38,192 bases of DNA from Callorhinchus milii (taxonomy: Eukaryota), in the NCBI RefSeq assembly GCF_018977255.1, contig NW_024705512.1:1-38192 (forward strand), written 5' to 3'. Each line of letters opens with the position of its first letter. The first letter of the stretch is position 1. This document shows, piece by piece, positions 19,207 through 28,700 of the stretch. The translations under genes and the position numbers were made by a program. Under the pieces are notes generated by a model. That model ran no database searches. It had not been told where the DNA came from and saw nothing but the letters and a program-made list of their open reading frames with translations.

Positions 19207-22200
19207 TCAGGCCTTGGCTCTATCCCTGTTCCTGGGCTCGAATGGTAGGTGGCTTGTGCCTGCGATTAGTCTTTTAAGTTCGGCATTCATTTTGGCCACA
19301 TGGTATGTTAAGGTTAGAATAGCCAGGACTAGTATGATCATCCCTGTTGCCCCTGTGATTCCCATCCCCATCTGTTGATTTCGCTGATATCCAGCCACTT
19401 CGGTCGCCCAAGTAAGATCTGTTATGTTAATCTCTGATTCGCTGAGGGATAATTTCACCATATGGAATTCTTTACTGTTCAACAAGTTGGACAGAGTGCT
19501 GCTTATCTCAAACTTGTGGCCTCGGAATGTGTCTACTATTTCTACCTCCGCTTGGTGTAGGCTTTTGTCTAGGTTATATAATACCTTGTCCCCTATGCGT
19601 ACGAATGTTCCTCTTGGTATTGTGACCAGTGCGACGTGGCTTGGAATCGGAACTTCCATGGTTATGGAGTGTTGATCGGTGGAAACAATTGCCGTGTCTA
19701 GAGGGGTGCTAATCAACCACTGGGCATTAGCTATCATGGCCACTGTTCCGGTTCTTTCTTTGGGTTTACTTAGCTTAAACTTGCAAGTTTCCTTGGAGCT
19801 TAGGTTTGACAGACCACACATTATTTCTGCTGGATCTTGGATATGATCGGCGAGTGTCTTTAGTGTTTCGTCCTCTTGTTGCATTCTGATCAGGTCTTCG
19901 GATGGCTGGGCACTGTTCAATTGGGCTCTGGTTCCAGCTTCTGCCGGGTTCTTCCCACTTCTTGTGACCAGTCTTATCACGGCGATGTCTTGGTTCGTCG
20001 ACTCTTGTTGTCCGTCTCTGTCGGTTTGGTCTTCTAGCTTCCACGGGGTGCCTTCCAGGCTTCCCACTTTTGCTATGGCATCTGCTTGGTCGTTCCCAGT
20101 TTTCTCTTGACCAGGTATCTTGGAGTGCCCTTTGACTTTCTTCCAAAATATCTTCATATCCTTGTTCTGAACCATCTTATCTATGGCCTCGAATAGTTCT
20201 CGATGGTGAATTGGTTTATTCCTATGGTTCTTCATCTCGTTTTTTTTCCATATGGGTAGGTGGTGCAGGAAGCTGTGCTGTACGTAGTTGGAATCAGTGC
20301 ACACCACCATGGTCCGTATTTGGTTATCGGATGCCATCTGGACAGCGATGTGTACCCCGACCAACTCTGCATACTGGTTTGACTTTGGTCCCAGCTGAAA
20401 TCCCTCTTGAATCCCTGCGAGTGGGCCAGTTTCCCAAATGACTCCTGACCCAGCGTGAAGCTTGTTCTCCTTCATCTTGGAGCATCCATCGATGTATACC
20501 ACTGGTAGGTCGGCACATGTCTCCTTCCTGAAGGGCAGGTACCTGTTGTCCTCCGGAGGTATCTTTTCGTCCTCTGCTTCTATGCTGTCAAAGGTACAAT
20601 CATGTAAATCGGCAAGACCTTGGGCCATTGGACTTTTCTTGTTTTTTGCGTATTTCACTGTGATTGGTAGGCCTTGGAGTGTCAGTGCCCAGCTGGCTAT
20701 TCGGCTGCTGGTTACGCGGCCCTCTCGAATCTTCTTACTGTTGAGGTATGCCAAGGATTCATGATTCGTTTCCAGGATGATCCTCTCTCCGTTCAACAAG
20801 TTCCGAAAATGTTGTATGGCCCAGATGTTTCCAAATATCGCCTTCTCACACTCGGAGAACTTCATCTCCACTCCCCGGAGGGCTTTGCTGGCATAGGCAA
20901 TAACTCGTTTCTCTGCTTCCTGTCTCTGGTACAGTACCGAGCTGATACTATGATCTGAGTATGCGGTCTCCAGGTAGTATTCTTTCCCTTTCTCTGGGTA
21001 TGCTAGGCAGGATGCCTCTGTGATCTGTCGTTTTAATTCTTTTTCTGCGGCTTCCTGTTCCTGTCCCCACTCCCATGGTTCGTCTTTTTGCAGTAGTTTA
21101 ACTAAGGGTCGAACGATTCCTGCGTAGTCGTCCACGAACTGTCGAAGGTAGTTGCAAATCCCTAAGAAGCTCCGAAGGGTCGTGACTGTGGTGGGCGATT
21201 TGAGTGCGAGGAGGGCTTCAAGTCTTTTGGTTTGGGGTAACATTCCCTCAGTGCCGACCTGGAGCCCGAGGTAGTCCACCCTTTTGCGTGCCCACTGTCC
21301 TTTTTGTATTGAAATCTTTGCGCCTGCTTCCTTTAACTGCTCGAGGGTATGCTGGAGGCTCTCGAGGTGTTCTTCCCATGAGGAGTCCTTGACTAGTATG
21401 TCGTCGACGTAGACGATGGTGCCTCGCTCTTTTGCGTCGCCCATCGCCTTGTGGAGGAATATGTTGAAGTCTGCAGGTGAGTTCGAGTATCCGAACGGGC
21501 AGCGATTCCAAGTATACTGTATTCCGTCGAAGGTGAAGGCCAACTTGTATTGATCGGTTTCTTTTACTGGCATGGTCCAGAAGCCATTTGCTAGGTCCAT
21601 TGTGGTGAGTACCTTTGCGCCTTTTATTTGGTTGAGACCGTGGTCGATTTCTGCCATTGGCCATCGAGATAGGGGAACTGTTTTATTGAGTTGTCGGTAG
21701 TCGATCGTGAGTCTCCATTTTCCCGTGGGTTTTAGTACTGGCCAAATGGGTGAGTTGTAGGTCGAGTTGCATTCCCGGATTATGTTCTTTTTGAGTAGGT
21801 TCTCTAGGGTTTCTTGGATCGATTCATAGGCGGCCAGTGGAATCTTGTATTGTTTCACGTATACCGCTGGTGCTCCCTCCAGTGTGGGAATGGATACCAC
21901 ATGTAGGTCGGTTTTGCCACAATCATAGGAGTCTTTGGAGAACAGGGAGTTGTATTTTTGGAGCAGTTGTCGTAGCTCGTCTCGTTGAGTGTCGCTCTCT
22001 AGGGCGTCTGCTGCTTCAATTTGTTGTTCTATTTGTTCTTCTATTGTAAGGACTCCTTTCTCTTGGTTTGGATCTAGGGCCTTCGTGGTTTCGGGCGGCT
22101 CGGTTGAAAGTTCCTTTTGCGTTACTATCGGTTGAGTTGCCTTGGCTTCATCCGAGGGTAATACGCTCTTGCCCTTGTGTTCTCCTTCATCAGTTTGCAG

Positions 22201-23268
22201 TTCGTCGGTTTGGCCTCCAGGGGGCGGTATATACTCCATGAGGGGACGGTCATTTGGTGATACTGACTCTAAGTCGGCTTCCTTTCGGTCTTCTCTCAGT
22301 CTGTTAGTCATTAGCTGAGTGATTCGAATTCCTGCTGGGAGCTCGTCTTCGTTCCTGATTGTCGTTGATAGGTCGTCGAGCTCTTGTGTTATCACTTGGA
22401 TTCCCGTGGAGTCTCTCATAACGTCTTCATCTTCTGAGTCCCTTTGTTGCTCCGGCATTGACTGTGCCCAAATTTGTCGGGATTCAAGGTTCATAATGGG
22501 TTTCAGGCGATTCAGTAGTTCGATCCCAATAATCAGTTCTTTTCCTGGGTATTGTACGACATATAGGGGATGGTTCATGTTGATTTTGTTGAACGTCAAC
22601 TTCGTCATAACTTTGCCCAATGGTCGCATGTGGGTCCCTTCACATCCTGAGTAGGTAAGTTTACTTGGCATCATTTGTAGTGTTTCATTCTTCCTCTGGA
22701 GGGCAGTCTGGAGTTCGTCAAATAATTCTCTGGATATCATGGATATTTCTGCTCCAGTATCACAAAGGCCCTGGCTGGTCAGGGTGTCTTGCAGTATTAC
22801 TTCCACGTGGACTCGTCCGACTGGTCCTACGGGAATCAATTCCCCCAGATGGTACCCTTTTCCCTCTGGTACCACTTCGGTGATTGCTTCGAGGCTTCTT
22901 GTCTTCCCTACGTTCACTTGGGCTACCTTTGCTCTGGGTGTGTCCTCCTCCTGTGTGGGTATAGTTGGTATTCTTCCCTTCGCTACTTGCATGGAAGTCT
23001 TCATACTCCCTAGGAGCTCTTTTTCCATCCTAATGTGGTGAGCATATCGATTCCTGTTAGCTAACGGTGGTCTATGCTCTATTGCTGGTGGAGGCGGCAG
23101 TGGGGGACGATATGGTGACTGGTTTGGTGGGCGTCGGCCTCCGCGGGGTAGGTATGGCCCGTCACTCGCTCTTCCTCCTCCATAATTCCAGCCTCCGCCC
23201 TCTTCTGCATTCCATGGTGGTGGCGGCTGTGGGTGCCAGGTTCCTCTGGCCTCGTTCCTTCCCCCCAC
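19207..23268 (-). CDS. pol: Gag C-terminus-Pol (PR, RT, tether, RNase H) fused in frame to an Env-like C-terminus, 1353 aa
   Basis: LCDTGA protease, YVDD RT, degenerate RH (LETAYS, ETNH), intact RH (YIDG, NQYAEL, TDS, KVKGHS, GNDQAD), no integrase HHCC/DDE, C-terminal TM GMIILVLAILTLTY. Confidence 0.92.
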   Translation of the reverse strand: MGGRNEARGTWHPQPPPPWNAEEGGGWNYGGGRASDGPYLPRGGRRPPNQSPYRPPLPPPPAIEHRPPLANRNRYAHHIRMEKELLGSMKTSMQVAKGRIPTIPTQEEDTPRAKVAQVNVGKTRSLEAITEVVPEGKGYHLGELIPVGPVGRVHVEVILQDTLTSQGLCDTGAEISMISRELFDELQTALQRKNETLQMMPSKLTYSGCEGTHMRPLGKVMTKLTFNKINMNHPLYVVQYPGKELIIGIELLNRLKPIMNLESRQIWAQSMPEQQRDSEDEDVMRDSTGIQVITQELDDLSTTIRNEDELPAGIRITQLMTNRLREDRKEADLESVSPNDRPLMEYIPPPGGQTDELQTDEGEHKGKSVLPSDEAKATQPIVTQKELSTEPPETTKALDPNQEKGVLTIEEQIEQQIEAADALESDTQRDELRQLLQKYNSLFSKDSYDCGKTDLHVVSIPTLEGAPAVYVKQYKIPLAAYESIQETLENLLKKNIIRECNSTYNSPIWPVLKPTGKWRLTIDYRQLNKTVPLSRWPMAEIDHGLNQIKGAKVLTTMDLANGFWTMPVKETDQYKLAFTFDGIQYTWNRCPFGYSNSPADFNIFLHKAMGDAKERGTIVYVDDILVKDSSWEEHLESLQHTLEQLKEAGAKISIQKGQWARKRVDYLGLQVGTEGMLPQTKRLEALLALKSPTTVTTLRSFLGICNYLRQFVDDYAGIVRPLVKLLQKDEPWEWGQEQEAAEKELKRQITEASCLAYPEKGKEYYLETAYSDHSISSVLYQRQEAEKRVIAYASKALRGVEMKFSECEKAIFGNIWAIQHFRNLLNGERIILETNHESLAYLNSKKIREGRVTSSRIASWALTLQGLPITVKYAKNKKSPMAQGLADLHDCTFDSIEAEDEKIPPEDNRYLPFRKETCADLPVVYIDGCSKMKENKLHAGSGVIWETGPLAGIQEGFQLGPKSNQYAELVGVHIAVQMASDNQIRTMVVCTDSNYVQHSFLHHLPIWKKNEMKNHRNKPIHHRELFEAIDKMVQNKDMKIFWKKVKGHSKIPGQEKTGNDQADAIAKVGSLEGTPWKLEDQTDRDGQQESTNQDIAVIRLVTRSGKNPAEAGTRAQLNSAQPSEDLIRMQQEDETLKTLADHIQDPAEIMCGLSNLSSKETCKFKLSKPKERTGTVAMIANAQWLISTPLDTAIVSTDQHSITMEVPIPSHVALVTIPRGTFVRIGDKVLYNLDKSLHQAEVEIVDTFRGHKFEISSTLSNLLNSKEFHMVKLSLSESEINITDLTWATEVAGYQRNQQMGMGITGATGMIILVLAILTLTYHVAKMNAELKRLIAGTSHLPFEPRNRDRAKA

Positions 23269-25447
23269 GTGGAACGTTATTCAGCGTGTTGTGGACGGGT
23301 GTTGATTCTATTGGGTTAGGCGCCCTCTCCTGGGGGAATTCATGTCCACCCCGTGTGGCGCTAATATTATTCCTTGGAGATTCGCTTCCCTCCAGATCGA
23401 GGCATTCTTTATCTCTGGTGACGATGTGGGTTTTGGCTATGCCAGTGGTTTTCCGTCCGTTCACCCAGGCCGTGTGGGCCTTGCTTTCAATCTGGCGTAG
23501 GGAGGCAGTCTCGGGGTCCAACATCATTCCTACTATTCTCACTATTTCAGGTCTCAATGATTGGAAGAACATCACTTTTAAGACTGTCTTATCTCCCTGG
23601 GCATTGTCCACGTCCCCTGCGTAATATGCTTTCTTAAGGCGTAGGAGATAATCTCGTGGGTCTTCGTCTACACGCTGGGTCATCAACTTTGCCGCGTTCA
23701 ATCCTTCGGATAGTGTGGAGTATTCCCCAAATCTCTTAACTACTGCTCGGCTCAATTGTTTAAAGTCACTCTTCACCCTATTTGGCAGGGAGGCTACCCA
23801 TGGTCTGGCGGGTTCATGTAGGCTCCTTGATAAAACATGCCTTTTCTGCTGATTTACCCAGACCCCGGATCTTAGCCTCCTGTTCTACTGTAGCTATGTG
23901 AGTGTGGATATCCCTGTTCTTTTATGTGGATCGAAATAGGGAATTCTCACGAGTGCTTTGTCCATTAGTTTTAGTGTCTTACTGTTAAAAGTGTGTTGTT
24001 CGTCATCAGTGGTGTCGGTTCCTGAGGAGTGCTCCCTTGAGCTACCCTTGTCTCCACTATCACTGTTGTCATGTGTCCCGTGTCTGTGTCGTGATCTCCC
24101 TCTGTCCGAGGATTCGTATCTGTCCCGTTGCTTGTGTCTCTTGTTTTCCTTATGTGGGTCTTGTGATTCGTGCTTGTGGGTTGGTGTGCGTGATCTCCTT
24201 GAGCGGTGTCTATGTGGTGAGTGTTTTTGTCCTTGACCTTCATGCTGCCTACTACGTGTGTGGTGCCTGCTAGGTGAGGTGTTGTATTTATGTTTGTCTC
24301 GTGCTTCATGGTTATCGGGATTCCTGTCTCTGTCATCTGTGGTGCGGGTGGTTTTGCGTGGGTGATTTTTACATGTCATGCGTCCCTCTGGTGAGCTCTC
24401 TCTGTTACCCATGTCGTGTTGGTCATCGTCAGAGGAGTCAGTGTCAGATGAGCCGTCACCATCACGGTGGCTCTGCTTAACATAACTTTTGTAGTGCCTT
24501 TTGCACCTGTTACGTGGGTCAACTTGGCTCGGTGATTTCTGCTTATCCCATGGCTCATGCTTGTGTGATGTGCGTCTCTCTGGTGAGCTCCTGTTACCCG
24601 TGTCGTGTTGGTCGTGTTTGTGCGAGGTGCGTTTCTCTGGTGAGCTGTCTCTGTCATCTGCATCATGTCGGTCATACTTGCGTAGCGTGCGTCTGCCTGG
24701 TGTGCTGTTTATGTCATGTTTCCCGTCTTGCACCAGCTCCGCCCTTTTCCGCTCTATCATTACAGTGTATCCTGATGACTTAGGGTTAATTATTTGTCTC
24801 TCTCTAACGTTGGGGTGGTCGGCCTCATGTTTTCCCGTTTGTATTATTATTTCCTCTTCTCTCTCCTCGATTTGCGAGGGTGTTACTTTATCAAAATTGC
24901 TTTGCATAGTAGCCATACTCATTGTGAGATCTGGCCCTGGGCTACGTCCACGTGGCTCGGAGTGTGGTAAATTGTTACTCCCGTATGTGTTCTGTGTATC
25001 AACGTCTGGGTGTTTCACTGGTGCATTTAGTGCGGATTCTTTCTCTCTCACGAGGGCGTGCAGACGCTCTACCTGCACCATTAAGGACAGTTTCTCTTGT
25101 CTCTCCCTTTCAAATTTTTCCTCATTCCATAATCTTTCTCTGTCTGTCTGTGCGAGGAGATACGAGTCTACCCTCGCTATTTCTGCAATTTTTACGTCAC
25201 GTTTGGCTTTGCCACATTTCATCACGTCCTTAAGTAGTTTCCTTCTATGGGCCTTAACATCTTCTGTATGGCTCCCCTTCCATATATCTCTCTGCTCCGT
25301 CTGCTGGCTAGCAGTCCGTCCAGTACGTTTTAACACAAATTCCCGATATTGTTTTTCCATAGATTCCATCTCCTCCTCAGAGGTCCACTCTGTATCAGTG
25401 TTATGCGTTGGTGTGTCAAACTCAGAATGTTGTGGATCCTGTGCCAT
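23162..25447 (-). pseudogene. gag: gag-like ORF interrupted by compensating frameshifts near 23860-23920
   Basis: ORFs 23894-25447 and 23162-23776 are in the same frame. Capsid-like motifs (LHEPARPWVASLP..., QRVDEDPRDYLLRL, FFQSLRPEI), N-terminal coiled coil and long H/R/S/D-rich tract. Confidence 0.85.
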
Positions 25448-25683
25448 CTCTATTATGTAGTGTGGTTAATAGACTTAAGAGTGTATCTTAATTCTAACAT
25501 CTCATGTGCGTCGTGAGTTACTCTAGAATTCCCCTTCAGAGCACATATAAACAATTGTATCACAGGATGCGTCAGTTCAACTCGAGCAAATAATCTCAGC
25601 CCAGCTGTCTTTGTTATACTCTGCTACTCTGGTATTTCCCTTCAGAGCGCGTTTTGTTTGTATACCCCCGTTTACAATCACAA

Positions 25684-25713
25684 NNNNNNNNNNNNNNNNN
25701 NNNNNNNNNNNNN
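25684..25713. other. Assembly gap (30 N)
   Basis: Run of N. Confidence 1.
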
Positions 25714-28700
25714 GCTGGTCCAGTGGGATACGGGCGTGACATTCGATTGTTGCGACGGGACCTCAGCAGACCGATACCGTCCGGTGGGAGCACTTTAAAC
25801 CATGTATAGGATCCTGGTCGACACACTCGGTAATGCCGAGCTACCACCTGCAATCGACGCATCTGCTTACAATGCTTGAGATTACACGATATTGTTCGGA
25901 AAGGCGTAGTTGCCGTGCCCTCTTGCATATTCCTGCACCCAGGATTCAGTATGTTCCAGAGATACCACGCTTCCCCAGTAGCTTGCTAAAGCCGGGGTCT
26001 GCTTGTCGACGAGTATTATGGGAGGGCTTGCCACCAGTCAGCAATACGTAGGTACCGTCTTACCTGCCGTAAAGTGCCGTGTGTGAATAACCTCCAAACC
26101 GTGTATCTAAGACACGAGCGGGCACATCCTGTGCCGCGTCTAATCTGTGAGAAGCCCATGTACCGGCGATGCATTCCGTCTGGTAACCAGAGTCCATACT
26201 GTGACGCACCCGTAGGCAGAAGGAAGAGTGGAAAACATCGGTGTGTACTGTCTAACCTTGACAGACCGCTCTTGTATATGGACTACCCGACACTTACGGG
26301 CTTCGTATTAGTGTCCACCTGGAGAAAGGGTAGCTGGAATAGCTTCTATATTCCAGCATGGAGGTTTCTGCGCCAGAACGGGTTAATGACCGAGGTCTTC
26401 CGTCTAGAGTCTAGTCAGCTATTAATGTTTTACCCTCCCTGGTTTGGATTATTACTTATGAGGTAGAACATGGATATTGGTGGCGTACTCAAAGAGATAA
26501 GATCGAGCTCAAGTAGAACAATCCCAAGTACCGGAAAAACATATTATGGCTACGGAACGTTCGCAACTTAGTAATGTCCCATCCTCGAGCCCACATATAA
26601 ATCTCCGATGAATAGGACTCTAGTGCAGAACTTGGTCGATAACCCCGAGGTGTTACGTGTAGGCTTGCCGAATGCTTCATACCCACTCATACATCTGATG
26701 AACCGAGGTATGTACAGCTAGTACTGAATATATTTTTAGAGGTGTCGAATGTTAATAGTGCGGTTCATCATCCGGCGGAGGTAGAGAATAGGATTAATGA
26801 GGCGTGAGAGAGCATGACGCCCATGCCATTGTAGCGCCAGGTGGCTACCGCGATCGTTGAACGATTACGTCGTAGTCTTCAAATCATTCCCAACGTGTTT
26901 CACAACATAAGGGTCGTAACATCGCAACCCTTTTTACCGCCCTGTACTGTCTGAGATTTTGATGTAGAGCTCCGGAGAGGTAAGACCGCATAAACGGAGA
27001 GACTGTGAATTCGCATCACTATGCGACCGTACCTCCAAGGCAGTCAATTGTTCTCGGGACAGAAAAGTCTCGATGACTGGCTATAGCAGCTCTGATTAGG
27101 CCGTGGCGACCCGTCAGGATCTAAAGACTATCGGTAAGCAAGCCCTCATTTTCCTCATAGAACCGAAGACGCAGGAAACGGTAATTGTGCAGAGATGCGA
27201 ACGGATAGTAAGGCGGTGTCTATCATACTATGCTTTGGACAATCTAGAGAGGTAAACACGACATATACCTATGGATGTGGCTGAATAGTGGAATGGGTTC
27301 CAGCGCTATTTACGCCCATATGCCATGGCTGACAAATTGGGAAGTGGCCATACAAAATTCCATTGCGAAGGTTCATCCCTAAGGATGCGTCTGGATGATA
27401 ACCTGTTGCTATGCGTGTGCTCGCAGTTGTTCTCATGGCCGGTAAAGCGGGCAGGTTGCCATGAGTTTCATAAAAAACAGAACGAAATGTGAGTTATCGA
27501 GCCTAGCATATCGAAAATCACGCTAGTTCTACCATGTACATCATGTATGGATCCGAGTGGCACCAAAACATAGGCGGCACGACCTGAATCGCTTGTAAAC
27601 CTTTCCACCAATCGCCACCGGCGACTAGATCCGAATTATATTCGTGTAGATCTTAATGGGCTGGGGTACGGCCTGCATAGTCCTGTCGATAGAAGCCTTC
27701 CTCCATCCTGTCCAGCATTCGCGTCACCCGGCAACGCCCATTGAAGTAATCGATAGGGTGGATCTCTCAACCCTCACGATGGATGGCATTGACACCGTGG
27801 GTTTTATAACCGCTAGTTTTCGGCAGGACCATCACGGCTTTATCTTCCCTCGGATGGAAGAACGTACAATGACGCCCAGCAAGATGTACGCGAATAACAC
27901 GCGGAGGGTCCTATAAGATTTTCACCCGATCTATAGCCACCAGGGCAGTTTTAATAGGGGGAGGGCGGTTGTTCCTTCATTCAGATCGTTAATAGTTGTC
28001 CGAATCAACAAAGGCTATTTCTTTTCCAGCCTTATGCACTTTCCGGTCGTCGACATCCCATCAGCAAATGTTAGGACAAGATTGGGTTTTGCTGATCAAT
28101 TAAAGTCATACATTTTGCGGCGTTTTTGGGGTATGATGAAGCAAGTCCGAAAAAGCCATACCCTCTTTCACCCGATCATATATACAAAAAACCAAAGCGA
28201 GGAGGATCGAGACAAAATATCCTGCGGGATTGCCGTGGTGATTAGCTTATAAAGGCCCGATAGGGACAACAGGATGCAATTGATGAGCGACGATAACGTT
28301 TGGATCCACTCGCTCTCGTTAGGATTGTACGCTCAGAGGAATTTGGCTTGCTAGCGTGTCCGCAGAGTACATATACAGACTGCAAGATGGAATAATTCAA
28401 TGAATAGAACGGGCGTCGACCGGCATGTTTAGTTAATTAGGGTCTTCCCGATTCAACGCTTGGTCACGGGGATTACGATTGCACCGAATCGCCCTGGTTC
28501 TCTATTCATGTATCCGCTCCGCCCCCGACTTCTTGAAGGAATGAGGGCTGTACCTAATCCATTTCATATCAGTTACACATACATCGTCACTCCCAGACTT
28601 CGGGTTTCACTGCAGTAGCACTGACTACTATATTTACACTAGGACCGTGTTTGAAGGTTCGGGTCACCAAACTTTGATGTAGTTACCGATTCCGTCAACT

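Larger units (their letters stand above)
15243..25683 (-). mobile_element. Endogenous lokiretrovirus-like (dual RNase H, env-bearing) element, internally deleted; 5' end lost at the gap
   Basis: Order is gag, PR, RT, tether, RNase H, integrase start, env-like TM tail, PPT, LTR. Confidence 0.8.

Noticed and set aside
24501..25460. 319-aa + strand ORF and other antisense ORFs over gag/pol
   Set aside because: Shadow frames of the retroviral coding strand with no recognisable motifs
26333..26357. 9-bp hairpin GCTGGAATA/TATTCCAGC
   Set aside because: Expected by chance in about 5.8 kb
26695..26770. CTGATGA plus 10-bp inverted repeat, hammerhead-like
   Set aside because: No GAAA or stem II geometry; chance-level IR
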